Positions 48,838 through 58,328 of a stretch of 64,000 nt of DNA are shown here, piece after piece. How positions within the stretch are numbered: the stretch's first letter is position 1; each line of letters opens with the position of its first letter. The position numbers were made by a program, and so were the translations under genes. Under the pieces are notes generated by a model, which saw only the letters and a program-made list of their open reading frames with translations, had not been told where the DNA came from and searched no databases. This stretch comes from an uncultured Candidatus Saccharibacteria bacterium (GTDB taxonomy: Bacteria; Patescibacteriota; Minisyncoccia; Phycocordibacterales; SBAW01), in assembly GCA_964566795.1 (NCBI GenBank), contig CAZMIU010000001.1, forward strand, positions 479,090 to 543,089, given 5' to 3'.

Positions 48838-48981
48838 TTACATCGCCTCTTCGTCGAGACCGTCTGCGGCCTCGTCATCCTCGTCGTCATCCTCGTCCTC
48901 ATCGGCGCCCTCGCCGGTGGGGGCGTTGTCGAGCTCCTCCTCCTCGTCGAGCCTGAAGCCCTCGTACAATTCGTCGTGCAT
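48838..48981 (-). CDS. Very acidic 47-aa protein
   Basis: MHDELYEGFRLDEEEELDNAPTGEGADEDEDDDEDDEAADGLDEEAM*; stop lies at a bidirectional terminator. Confidence 0.65.
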   Translation of the reverse strand: MHDELYEGFRLDEEEELDNAPTGEGADEDEDDDEDDEAADGLDEEAM

Positions 48982-49039
48982 GCTTGTGCTTTAAGAACTA
49001 GTGTTTGTAATTAGTACTCAACGCATCTTTTTTACCAAA

Positions 49040-49510
49040 TTACCGCAACGATGCAAGGCAGGTAATCCCCACGGCAATAGCATCGAGCTCGTCGTCAAGT
49101 CTCTTTCTCTCTGGGAGGCGCACCAATTTTGGCACCATCATGGCAACAGCCTTTTTGTCTGAGGCTCCGTAGCCCGTTGTTGCAATCTTTACCTCGGCGG
49201 GCTTGTACTGGTGCACCGCCAAACTCCGCGATGCGGCTATGTAGGTTAAAACGCCGCGCACCTCGGCAACCTGCATGGCGGTTTTTGCATTCTTTTCAAA
49301 AAATACCTCCTCGAGCGCTATACCGTTGGGCGCCCAGTGCTCTATAAGCGCCTCCGTGGCGGCCCCGAGCTCTGCCAGACGCTCAGGGAAGGTAAGTGTG
49401 GCCGAGGTGCGCACGCACTCTGAGTGGAGCAGTACCTCCTTGCCATGTTTCTTCTCAAGGACTGCCACTCCTAAGCGTTCATATCCTGGATCGAAGGCTA
49501 GTATGCGCAT
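49040..49510 (-). CDS. ruvC: Holliday junction resolvase
   Basis: ILAFDPG, ALEEVFF, EVRGV, DELDAIAV. Confidence 0.95.
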   Translation of the reverse strand: MRILAFDPGYERLGVAVLEKKHGKEVLLHSECVRTSATLTFPERLAELGAATEALIEHWAPNGIALEEVFFEKNAKTAMQVAEVRGVLTYIAASRSLAVHQYKPAEVKIATTGYGASDKKAVAMMVPKLVRLPERKRLDDELDAIAVGITCLASLR

Positions 49511-49517
49511 GCGGCTA

Positions 49518-50042
49518 TTATGCCGCAGAACTGTATATCTCGCTTACGTCGTCGTGTTCGTCCAGCGCCTCGGCCAAGTCCGCCATTTTCTGGTTGTCCT
49601 CATCAGAAAGTTCTATCGGCGCCATAGGTTCAAGTTTACCCTCTGCGTTTTTGGTAAACGCCCATAGTGCAGCGCCTGGGTTTGCGAGCGTGCCGCCGTG
49701 GAGTGAGAGCAGGTGCTTGAGCTCCTGCACGGTGCGGTTTTTGTTGTCGGTCATGGCCTCGATAACAAGCGCGGTGCCGCCGGGGCCGTAGGCCTCGTAG
49801 GTAACCGTCTCCATCTCGACACCGTCGTTTTTATTGAGTGCGCGCTCGATGTTGTCCTTGGGCATGTTGTCTGCGAGTGCGCGCTCCACAGCGTTGCGCA
49901 CGCCAGCCGCGCTCTTATCGCCCTTGGCCTTTTTAAGCTCGACGCCGATAATCTTTACATGCTTGCTAAAAAGCTTCGCCTTTTGAGCGTCAGTCTTGCC
50001 TTTAGTGTGTTTGAGCTTTGCCCATTTACTATGTCCTGCCAT
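49518..50042 (-). CDS. yebC: YebC/PmpR family protein, short form
   Basis: MAGHSKWA, NMPKDNIERA, YEAYGPGG, TDNKNRT. Confidence 0.95.
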   Translation of the reverse strand: MAGHSKWAKLKHTKGKTDAQKAKLFSKHVKIIGVELKKAKGDKSAAGVRNAVERALADNMPKDNIERALNKNDGVEMETVTYEAYGPGGTALVIEAMTDNKNRTVQELKHLLSLHGGTLANPGAALWAFTKNAEGKLEPMAPIELSDEDNQKMADLAEALDEHDDVSEIYSSAA

Positions 50043-50056
50043 ACAAGAAACTTACT

Positions 50057-51100
50057 TTAAATAAGGCGTTCGTTCAAATCTTGCGGGGGAGTTTTGCCCA
50101 GATGTTTGTAGGCCAGGGCGGTGGCGACACGGCCGCGCTGGGTGCGCTCTATCAGGCCCAGCTGGAGGAGGAAGGGCTCGTGCACCTCGGAGACTGTGCT
50201 GGGTTCCTCTGCGAGCGCCGCGGCGAGCGCGTTAACACCCGCGGGCCCGCCGTTAAAGCGCTCTATCAAAACAGTTAACAGTTTGCGATCAAGCGGCGTG
50301 AGCCCCAACTCATCCACCTCGAGCATGCCAAGCGAGGCCGAGACCGTGTCTTTGGAGAGCGGAGCGCGCTTGAGCTGCGCGTAGTCGCGGGCACGCTTAA
50401 GCAGATAGTTGGCGGTGCGTGGTGTGGAGCGTGCACGCTTGGCAATCTCACGCACACCGCCGTCGTCTATCTCTACACCAAGTATGCCGGCCGAGCGCTT
50501 AACAATGTTGGCGATATCGTCCTCGGTATAAAACTCAAGCCGATACACACCACCACTAAAGCGCGAGCGAAGCGGGGCAGAGAGGTCGGCCACGCGCGTG
50601 GTGGCGGCAACCAGGGTAAACGGCGGCAGAGGCAGCTCTATAGTGCGCGCGCTTGGACCCTTGCCAATAATAATGTTGAGCACCCCGGACTCCATGGCAG
50701 GGTAGAGCACCTCCTCGATGCTGCGGCTTAGGCGATGTATCTCGTCTATAAAAAGGATGTCGCCCGACCCCATGTTGGTCAAAAGGGCCGCGAGGTCGCC
50801 CACGCGCTCTATGGCAGGGCCCGAGGTGGAGCGCATGGCGCCGCCTAACTCGCGGGCTATGAGGTGCGCGAGGGTGGTTTTGCCCAAGCCTGGAGGCCCA
50901 TAAAACAGCACATGCTCAGGCGGGGCCTGCCTCTCCTTGGCGGCAGAAATAAGGATATGGAGGTTGTTTTTGACCGCTTCTTGCCCCACGTACTCGTCCC
51001 AGGAGGAGGGGCGCAGGGTTTGGTCTAAATATGTGGCACCCTCGGCCGGGGTGGGGGAATCCGGCTCAAAATCAGGGTTTTCTAAGGAGACGCTTGACAT
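50057..51100 (-). CDS. ruvB: Holliday junction helicase RuvB
   Basis: LRP, GPPGLGKTT, FIDEIHRL, PLRSRF, EPFL...RTQRGR. Confidence 0.98.
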   Translation of the reverse strand: MSSVSLENPDFEPDSPTPAEGATYLDQTLRPSSWDEYVGQEAVKNNLHILISAAKERQAPPEHVLFYGPPGLGKTTLAHLIARELGGAMRSTSGPAIERVGDLAALLTNMGSGDILFIDEIHRLSRSIEEVLYPAMESGVLNIIIGKGPSARTIELPLPPFTLVAATTRVADLSAPLRSRFSGGVYRLEFYTEDDIANIVKRSAGILGVEIDDGGVREIAKRARSTPRTANYLLKRARDYAQLKRAPLSKDTVSASLGMLEVDELGLTPLDRKLLTVLIERFNGGPAGVNALAAALAEEPSTVSEVHEPFLLQLGLIERTQRGRVATALAYKHLGKTPPQDLNERLI

Positions 51101-51168
51101 AAAATATATAGTATGCTAGTCTACCCAACAGCCAGCACCTCCCCAGGGAGGTCTTTTTCTTGGCTTGA

Positions 51169-51333
51169 TTGGGAGAAGTTCACCATCAAGCAATGCGACT
51201 TAACCGTTTTGGAACCGTACCGAGGACGCTCTGGCATTTGTTTTATACAAAAGCGCGGGGGCTATCCTTAGATGCGACTTCCGCTTCTTTGCTAGTCAAA
51301 GATGTGCATTGCTTGGCGGTGAACTCTTCCTAA
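51169..51333 (+). ncRNA. ssrS: Probable 6S RNA
   Basis: Rod fold: GGGAGAAGTTCACCATCAAGCAATGC pairs with GCATTGCTTGGCGGTGAACTCTTCC, with a central bubble and terminal stem; terminator at 51349-51386. Confidence 0.6.
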
Positions 51334-51403
51334 CACCAGTCTACTCTCAAAACCCCCGGAGGTCATTATTGACCCCCGGGGGTTTTGTGTTCGAGCGATT
51401 TGC

Positions 51404-53080
51404 CTACTCGAGGTCGACTACGCGTTTGAGCTCCTCTAGGCTTGTAACTCCCTTAAGCACCTTGATGATGCCGTCTTCTTGCATGCTCGGTATCCCTTGG
51501 GGCTTGGCGGCGGCGGCAATCTCGCGCGCAGTGGGCTTCTGGCGCAAAATTTCCTCAATTGTGCTGTCCATAAACACGCACTCAAAGATACCCACGCGGC
51601 CCTTGTATCCGCGACCATGGCACTCCGGGCATCCTTCAGGTTTTGCATCCCACACACGGTCGGATGCGGCAGGCACCAATGCTTTGTCAAAAATCGTTGC
51701 AAGGTGCTTGTCTATGACAGCCTTTTCCTCGGGGGCGGCGGCGCGCTCCACCTTGCATGTTTTGCAGAGCTTGCGTATGAGGCGCTGCGCAAGCGCCGCG
51801 TTAACGGCCGAGGAGATAACTTTTTCATCTACACCCAAGTCGATAAGGCGGGGGAATGATCCCGGCGCGTCGTTGGTGTGCAGTGTACTAAACACAAGGT
51901 GGCCTGTGAGCGCCGCGTTGATGGCTGTCTCGGCAACCTCGCCGTCTCTAATCTCGCCGACCATGATAATGTCCGGGTCCTGCCGCAGGGCACTGCGCAA
52001 GCCCTCGGCAAAAGAGTACTTACCCTTCTCGACCTGGGTCTGCACGATGCCCGCCAGGTGGTACTCGATGGGGTCCTCTATGGTGATGATCTTGGAGCCG
52101 GGGGAGTTAACCTTGCGCAAAAATGCGTAGAGCGTGGTGGTTTTACCCGAGCCGGTGGGGCCGGTGGTAAGAATCATGCCGTTTGGCTTGCCAATCTCGT
52201 GCTCGAGCCGGGCGCGCAGCTTGTCCTCCATGCCCAGGCCCTCGAGTTCCACACCAATAGCCTTGGGGTTGAGGATACGAAGCACTACGGTCTCCTGGTA
52301 GTTACTCGGGAGCATCGAGGTGCGCAGTTCAATCTCGTCACCCTTGATCTTGATGCTAAAGCGCCCGTCTTGTGCCTGGCCCTCGATGTTGAGCTTGAGG
52401 CCCGAGAGGAGCTTGAGGCGGCTGAGCATGAGCCTGTATGTCTCGTGGTCAAAGGTGAGTATGTCGACAAGCACGCCGTCGAGGCGGTAGCGCAGGCGCA
52501 CTTGGGCTTCTTCAGACTCAAAGTGGATGTCGGATGCGCCGGTCGATAGGCCCCCTGCCAAAATAACCTCCAGTATGCGCGTAATCCGGTAGGCCTTCTT
52601 AAGCTCGATGGCCTCGGTAATAAGCTTGGTGATGTCCTCTGGGCCCTTAACCTTATCAAGCAGGCTCTCGAGCTCCTCGTTGCTAAGCTCAAACACGCCG
52701 GCCTTTGTCTCGGTGGCGTAGGATAGGTCGGCATAGCGCTGGAATGCGCGCTTAAGCGACTCCTGCGAGCACATAAACAGCACCACCTCGTAGCCCAGGC
52801 TCTCGAGGTGTGCCTTAAGCGCGCGTACCTTGTCGCTCTCAGGGGCACGCACTGCCACAGAGAGACGCTTGTTAACCTTGCCAAAGGCCGCCGCCTCGGC
52901 CGCTCTGGCCTCGGCCTCGGGTATAAGCCGCAGGGCGTCGGTGTTGACGGCAACCAAAGAGAGGTCGACATATTCGACGCCATACTTTTGCGACAGCATC
53001 TGAGCCAACTCCTCCTCCTCTCGCTTGCGCAGGAACTCTATGCGCTTGTCGCCCTCTGCCTCGTTAAACTGCACGGTCAT
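51404..53080 (-). CDS. pilB: GspE/PilB type IV pilus assembly ATPase
   Basis: ASDIHFE, RYRLDG, GPTGSGKTTT, EDPIEY, LRQDPD, STLHTN, Cys tetrad. Confidence 0.93.
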   Translation of the reverse strand: MTVQFNEAEGDKRIEFLRKREEEELAQMLSQKYGVEYVDLSLVAVNTDALRLIPEAEARAAEAAAFGKVNKRLSVAVRAPESDKVRALKAHLESLGYEVVLFMCSQESLKRAFQRYADLSYATETKAGVFELSNEELESLLDKVKGPEDITKLITEAIELKKAYRITRILEVILAGGLSTGASDIHFESEEAQVRLRYRLDGVLVDILTFDHETYRLMLSRLKLLSGLKLNIEGQAQDGRFSIKIKGDEIELRTSMLPSNYQETVVLRILNPKAIGVELEGLGMEDKLRARLEHEIGKPNGMILTTGPTGSGKTTTLYAFLRKVNSPGSKIITIEDPIEYHLAGIVQTQVEKGKYSFAEGLRSALRQDPDIIMVGEIRDGEVAETAINAALTGHLVFSTLHTNDAPGSFPRLIDLGVDEKVISSAVNAALAQRLIRKLCKTCKVERAAAPEEKAVIDKHLATIFDKALVPAASDRVWDAKPEGCPECHGRGYKGRVGIFECVFMDSTIEEILRQKPTAREIAAAAKPQGIPSMQEDGIIKVLKGVTSLEELKRVVDLE

Positions 53081-53107
53081 GTGCATATTGTATACTCCAA
53101 TCCATAT

Positions 53108-53572
53108 ATGACTCAGGTCGCCCTCACAGAGCTCGCATACTTTGCGCGCAATATCCTGGCCGTGCTTACTATGGCTGAGCCCAAGCAGACGGCCACTGTG
53201 CTTGCCCTGGTGGGGGAGCTTGGCGCGGGCAAGACTACCTTTGTGCAGGCCCTGGCCCGCGAGCTTGGGGTGAGAGAGGTGGTGCAGAGCCCCACCTACG
53301 TGCTGATGAAAAGCTACCCACTCGAACTCTCCGGCTCCACAAGCGAGGCAAACAACAAATTTACAAAATTGGTGCACATAGACGCCTATAGGCTAGAGAG
53401 CCCCGAGGAGTTTGATGCCCTGAGGCCCGGAGAGTTTTTGGCCGACCCGCAGGCGCTTGTCGTTGTCGAGTGGCCGCAGAGATTACAAGACAGGCTGCCG
53501 CGGCCAGATATGACCCTGACTTTTAGCGCAGAGGGACAGCAAGAGGGCGTGCGCGGCATAGACGCGCAATAA
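53108..53572 (+). CDS. tsaE: tRNA t6A biosynthesis ATPase
   Basis: GELGAGKTT, VQSPTY, HIDAYRL, VVEW. Confidence 0.95.
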   Translation: MTQVALTELAYFARNILAVLTMAEPKQTATVLALVGELGAGKTTFVQALARELGVREVVQSPTYVLMKSYPLELSGSTSEANNKFTKLVHIDAYRLESPEEFDALRPGEFLADPQALVVVEWPQRLQDRLPRPDMTLTFSAEGQQEGVRGIDAQ

Positions 53573-53598
53573 AAGGCCCTGCGCGGTACAATGTCGCT

Positions 53599-56025
53599 GT
53601 GACCAAGGAGAAGCGCAAAAGACTCGTTATCTTAGATACCCACGCCATTTTGCACAGGGCGTATCATGCTTTGCCTGACTTTAGCTCCAGTAAAGGTGAG
53701 CCCACGGGGGCGCTCTACGGGCTCATCTCGATGCTGGTTAAGATTATTGCCGACCTCAAGCCCGACTACATTGCCGCGGCGTACGATTTGCCGGGCGGGA
53801 CCTTTAGGCACGCCGCGTACGAGAACTACAAGGCTAACCGCATTAAGGCGGACGACGACCTCTACACCCAGATAAACCGTGCACGCGATGTGCTCGAGGC
53901 GCTTGGTATACCGCTGTATGAGGCCAAGGGCTTTGAGGCAGATGATGTGGTGGGCACCATTGCAACCCAGGTTAAGAAAAAGAAAACCATAGACACCATA
54001 ATCGCCTCGGGCGACATGGACACCGTGCAGCTTGTTGATGGTACCCAGACGAAAGTGTTTACCCTGCGCAAAGGCTTAACCGACACGGTGACCTATGACG
54101 AGACACGCGTGCGCGAGCGCTTTGGCTTTGGCCCCACATCAATCCCGGACCTTAAGGGTATTGCCGGCGACCCGAGTGACAATATTAAGGGTGTGCCTGG
54201 CGTGGGCGAGGGGAGCGCGCTTAAACTTTTGCAAAAGTACGAGACTATTGAGGCTTTGTACAAAGCTATTAAGAAAGAAGGTGTAGATAAGATTGCCGAG
54301 GCCACCGGCGTGCAAAGGCGCTTTGTGCAGCTCGTGGCTGACAACAAAGAGAGCGCAGAGTTTAGTAAGCAGCTGGCGACCATACGCCGCGATGCGCCTG
54401 TTGAGTTTGTGGTACCCAAAAAGCCGTGGCGCGAGTCGGTTGATAAAGCACAAGCGCTCGATATGCTCGCGCAGTTTGAGTTCCGCACCTTAATGCCGAG
54501 AGTTCGTGAATTATTGGGAGACAGCTCGGATAAAACTTCCAGGGATAAAGTCCTCGGGTCTCTTGACGAGTCTCTAGGTGAAGACTCGTCGGGCCAGACT
54601 CTTTTCCCCGAAACATCCGCCGACGCTCTCAAGGTCCCTCCGCAGGATTTGCACGACGCGTGTTTGGCTGTGTCTGTGCTCGACTCAAACATTGCCGAGC
54701 CCGACTACGAGGATATTTTGCGCATGGGGCGCGCCGACACGTTTGAGGAGGCGTACAAAAGCCTGCTGAAGCAGATTAAAGAAAAAAACCTCACGTTTGT
54801 ATACGAACATATAGAGCTGCCGCTCTCACCGGTGCTGCGCCGCATGGAGGAGCGCGGTGTGCTTGTCGATAAAGACTTTCTTAAGTCGCTCTCTAAGGAG
54901 TACAAAAAAGAGCTCGACAGTATCTGCAAGCGCATCTACAAGCATGCGGGTGGCGAGTTTAACATCGGCTCGCCCAAGCAGTTGGGCGAGGTCTTGTATG
55001 ACAAACTGGGCCTCCAGATGAAAAAGAAGACAGCCGGCGGGCAGCGCTCGACACGCGAGGCGGAGCTGCAAAAGCTTGCAGACCAGCACCCCATCATTGA
55101 GGATATCTTGGCGTACCGCGAGTTATCTAAACTCCTCTCGACTTACATCGACTCTATCCCGACTCTGCTTGATGAGCAGAGTAGGCTGCACACGCGCTAT
55201 GTGCAGATTGGTGCCGCGACTGGGCGCATGGCCTCTAAGGACCCAAACCTCCAAAACATCCCCATTAAAACCGAGTTGGGCCGCCGGATACGCCACGCGT
55301 TTGTGGCAACACCCGGCTACGAACTCGTATCCTTTGACTACAGCCAGATTGAGCTCAGGATTGCCGCGATACTCACGGGAGACGAGGGGCTGTTAGAGAT
55401 CTTTAGGGAGGGCCGCGACGTGCACGCCGAGGTGGCTGCGCGTGTGTTTGGGCTACACAGCTCCTTGGATGCGCGCGAGCAGCGCCGCCGCGCCAAGGTT
55501 ATCAACTTCGGCATCCTCTACGGCATGGGAGTAAACGCACTGCAGCAAGGCTTGGGTACGAGTCGAAAAGAGGCTCAGGAGTTTTATGACCAGTACTTTG
55601 CCGCCTTCCCCAAGTTGGCCGGCTACATAGATGAGACAAAAGGCCTGGCAAATAAGCAGGGCTATACCGAGACCATGTTTGGCCGCCGCCGCTACCTCGA
55701 CGGGATAAGATCGCCCATCCCGTATGTAAAGGCTGCCGCAGAGCGTATGGCCATTAACGCGCCTATGCAAGGCAGCCAGGCCGACATTATTAAGCTTGCG
55801 ATGATCGAGCTTGATAAAGTGCTGGGAAATGACGCATATATGCTTTTGCAGGTACACGACGAGCTGGTGTTTGAGATCAAGAAGGATAAGGTTAAGGAGT
55901 GTGCACCTGTCATTAAAAAGATTATGGAGGAGGCGCTGCCCAAAGGCATGGCCAACGGTGTGCCGATTGTGGCCGAGGGTAAGCACGGCCTCAACTGGGG
56001 CGACATGGAAAAATTAGATGCTTAA
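53599..56025 (+). CDS. polA: DNA polymerase I (5'-3' exonuclease plus polymerase)
   Basis: HRAYHA, EADD, GDPSDN, PNLQNIP, DYSQIELR, AKVINFGILYG, QVHDE. Confidence 0.97.
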   Translation: MTKEKRKRLVILDTHAILHRAYHALPDFSSSKGEPTGALYGLISMLVKIIADLKPDYIAAAYDLPGGTFRHAAYENYKANRIKADDDLYTQINRARDVLEALGIPLYEAKGFEADDVVGTIATQVKKKKTIDTIIASGDMDTVQLVDGTQTKVFTLRKGLTDTVTYDETRVRERFGFGPTSIPDLKGIAGDPSDNIKGVPGVGEGSALKLLQKYETIEALYKAIKKEGVDKIAEATGVQRRFVQLVADNKESAEFSKQLATIRRDAPVEFVVPKKPWRESVDKAQALDMLAQFEFRTLMPRVRELLGDSSDKTSRDKVLGSLDESLGEDSSGQTLFPETSADALKVPPQDLHDACLAVSVLDSNIAEPDYEDILRMGRADTFEEAYKSLLKQIKEKNLTFVYEHIELPLSPVLRRMEERGVLVDKDFLKSLSKEYKKELDSICKRIYKHAGGEFNIGSPKQLGEVLYDKLGLQMKKKTAGGQRSTREAELQKLADQHPIIEDILAYRELSKLLSTYIDSIPTLLDEQSRLHTRYVQIGAATGRMASKDPNLQNIPIKTELGRRIRHAFVATPGYELVSFDYSQIELRIAAILTGDEGLLEIFREGRDVHAEVAARVFGLHSSLDAREQRRRAKVINFGILYGMGVNALQQGLGTSRKEAQEFYDQYFAAFPKLAGYIDETKGLANKQGYTETMFGRRRYLDGIRSPIPYVKAAAERMAINAPMQGSQADIIKLAMIELDKVLGNDAYMLLQVHDELVFEIKKDKVKECAPVIKKIMEEALPKGMANGVPIVAEGKHGLNWGDMEKLDA

Positions 56026-56566
56026 GGTTTTTGTTGGCAAAAAAGGGAGTGGAGAAGAGCTCAAGTGGGAAGGGATTTCCATGGATGAGTTGCGTAGCAT
56101 TGCATCAACCACGGATATGTTTGGCGGCACCAGCACGTTTGTACTTGTGGGTGCGCTCAACAGCGAGCGCCGGGATGAGTTTGTAGATATGCTCGACGTG
56201 TTTGTAGAGTCGCCCCACACGTTTGTGTTTGAGGAGGAGAAGCTCTTAAAGGCAGAGACCGATGCACTGACCAAAGCAAAAGTAAAAATAGAGACAGTTA
56301 AGGCAGAAAAGAAGGAGTGGAAGTTTGATCAGTTTGGTGTTGCGGCCGCTTTGGGGACTAAAGACAAAAAGAAGCTGTGGCTCGGTCTTATGGCAAGCTT
56401 TGCGGCAGGGGAGAAGGCCGAGGCTGTAGCTGGTCTCATGGCCTGGAAAGCAAGGCAAATGCGCGACGTGCAGCTCTCCCGCGACCTGGTCCGTCTCTAT
56501 CACGACTCGCATAGAGGAGCCGGGGACCTCGAGCTCCTCCTCGAGCGGTTTGCCTTAAAACTATAG
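56018..56566 (+). CDS. Short HolA (Pol III delta)-like protein
   Basis: DMFGG..FV motif and C-terminal LELLLERF; overlaps the polA stop. Confidence 0.55.
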   Translation: MLKVFVGKKGSGEELKWEGISMDELRSIASTTDMFGGTSTFVLVGALNSERRDEFVDMLDVFVESPHTFVFEEEKLLKAETDALTKAKVKIETVKAEKKEWKFDQFGVAAALGTKDKKKLWLGLMASFAAGEKAEAVAGLMAWKARQMRDVQLSRDLVRLYHDSHRGAGDLELLLERFALKL

Positions 56567-56603
56567 CGATTTTCGGGATTTCGTTGTATTTTACGAGGGT
56601 ATT

Positions 56604-56676
56604 GCGCCTATAGCTCAGTTGGTAGAGCGGCTCCCTTTTAAGGAGATGGTCCCTGGTTCGAGTCCAGGTGGGCGCA
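56604..56676 (+). tRNA. tRNA-Lys(TTT)
   Basis: GCGCCTA/TGGGCGC, anticodon loop CT TTT AA, TTCGAGT loop. Confidence 0.93.
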
Positions 56677-56677
56677 C

Positions 56678-57082
56678 ATGGAGGATAAGGATCTGCATTT
56701 TGTGGGTAAGGTGGCGCAGAAGGCGCTCATCGAGCACGACGGCAAAGTGCTGGTATGCAAAGGAGTGGGGGACAGTGTATGGGAGTTTCCTGGCGGGCGC
56801 CTGCACAATGGCGAAGAGCCTAAGGCAGGGCTCATGCGCGAGATAAAGGAGGAGCTCCAGCTAAACCTGCGCGACGTGAGGCCCATATATACCTGCCGCT
56901 CATGGCACGCCAAGGCGGGCGTGCATAACTTTTTTGTGGCGTATCACTGCACTGTAGATGGCCCGGCCACTATTGTGAGCAACGATGAGGTAGTAGAAAA
57001 GAAGTGGGTTACCAAGGCGGAGCTCAAAGACCTGCCTATGTTTGACGACTGTCGCGGCGCTGTAGACGAATATTTAAAATAG
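56678..57082 (+). CDS. NUDIX hydrolase
   Basis: WEFPGGRLHNGEEPKAGLMREIKEEL. Confidence 0.92.
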   Translation: MEDKDLHFVGKVAQKALIEHDGKVLVCKGVGDSVWEFPGGRLHNGEEPKAGLMREIKEELQLNLRDVRPIYTCRSWHAKAGVHNFFVAYHCTVDGPATIVSNDEVVEKKWVTKAELKDLPMFDDCRGAVDEYLK

Positions 57083-57159
57083 TCTCCCTGTTTGGTTTTG
57101 TGTACACGGGCTGCGGGCTACATGCTAGACTCGTGCCAGACCAATCAACGGAGGCTCGC

Positions 57160-57789
57160 ATGAGCAATGTTCTTGAGTATTCAGACGAGCAGGTAATGAA
57201 GGTTGTGCGCCAACTGCGCCTCGCCTACAAGCTCAAGCGTACGCCCCGCTATGGCGGCATCCGCGACCCAAAGGTGCATAGTGAGTCGGTGGCAGAGCAC
57301 AAGTTCGCGCTCCTCTTTCTCTCGCGCTACTTTGTGCGCACAGAAGTGTTGCCCCGCGGGCTCGACATGGAGAAGGTGGATAATCTTATCCTCTTCCATG
57401 ACTTTGGCGAGATACCGCGCGGCGACAAGCCCTATATAAGCAAGACCAGGGCAGACGAGGAGCGTGAGCGCTACGACGCTGAGCGCGTGTTCAAATCACT
57501 GCCGGAAGAGCTCCAAGAGCTTGGATTTATCAGCTGGCAGGCGTTTGAGACGCGCGATGGCCTTGAGGCGCTGTTTGTTAATGCGCTCGACAAGGTTGAG
57601 CCCTGCTTTGAACTGCAGGGCAGGACCAATGAGCAGACACTCATGCGCCTTGGCTACACGTACGAGAAACATATCGGTAAAAAGCTGGCGGCCACAGAGA
57701 GATTTCCTGTCATGAGGAAGTTTGTCGAGGTCACCGCCCGCAAAAAACTTGGCCGCGGCGTCTTTGTTGATGCCATGGCTGCAGAGTGA
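57160..57789 (+). CDS. HD-domain protein (YfbR/HD_3-like)
   Basis: LKRTPR, ESVAEH, LFHDFGE..GD, LDKVE. Confidence 0.85.
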   Translation: MSNVLEYSDEQVMKVVRQLRLAYKLKRTPRYGGIRDPKVHSESVAEHKFALLFLSRYFVRTEVLPRGLDMEKVDNLILFHDFGEIPRGDKPYISKTRADEERERYDAERVFKSLPEELQELGFISWQAFETRDGLEALFVNALDKVEPCFELQGRTNEQTLMRLGYTYEKHIGKKLAATERFPVMRKFVEVTARKKLGRGVFVDAMAAE

Positions 57790-57813
57790 TACTGGCCCAA
57801 CCGAAAGGTTGGG

Positions 57814-58284
57814 CTACTCTTTTTGTAAAAGAAAGAGTGCGACGCCGCAGGCTACGGAGACATTGAGGGAGTACTTTTGGCCGCGCATGGGGATTTGTAT
57901 GATCTCGTCGCAGAGTTTTAAATCTTCGGGAGCTATGCCGTCCACTTCGTTGCCCAGCACAATAGCTATCTTCTCGCCCTCTTGGCGTTTGTAGTCGTAG
58001 ATATTGGTGGCGTTGTCTGCGAGCTCTATGGCGAGCACCCTGTAGCCTTCGGCTTTTAGTTTGGCTATCGCGTCCTTAAGGTCTGCCTCGCGGGAGTAGG
58101 GGACAAAGTTTTGCGCACCTAAAGAGACCTTGGCAAAGTCGGGGCGCTCGCGGCCCTTTGGGTCTAGTGGCCCTGGGGTGTAGCCGCACAGAACAATGCG
58201 GCCAACACCCGCGCCATCCGCGGTGCGGAACATGCTCCCCACGTTGTGGGCCGAGCGTATGTTATGCAGCACTAAAACAGGCAT
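57814..58284 (-). CDS. TrmH/SpoU family RNA methyltransferase
   Basis: NIRSAHNVGSMFRTAD, LGNEVDG, IPMRG..SLNVSVA. Confidence 0.93.
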   Translation of the reverse strand: MPVLVLHNIRSAHNVGSMFRTADGAGVGRIVLCGYTPGPLDPKGRERPDFAKVSLGAQNFVPYSREADLKDAIAKLKAEGYRVLAIELADNATNIYDYKRQEGEKIAIVLGNEVDGIAPEDLKLCDEIIQIPMRGQKYSLNVSVACGVALFLLQKE

Positions 58285-58328
58285 ATGGGTAAGCTACAGC
58301 AAAAACCAAATCTCGTCTTGGTGTGTAG

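Noticed and set aside
48820-49014. 64-aa hydrophobic plus-strand ORF
   Set aside because: It starts inside a terminator and is the antisense reading of Asp/Glu codons of the acidic ORF.
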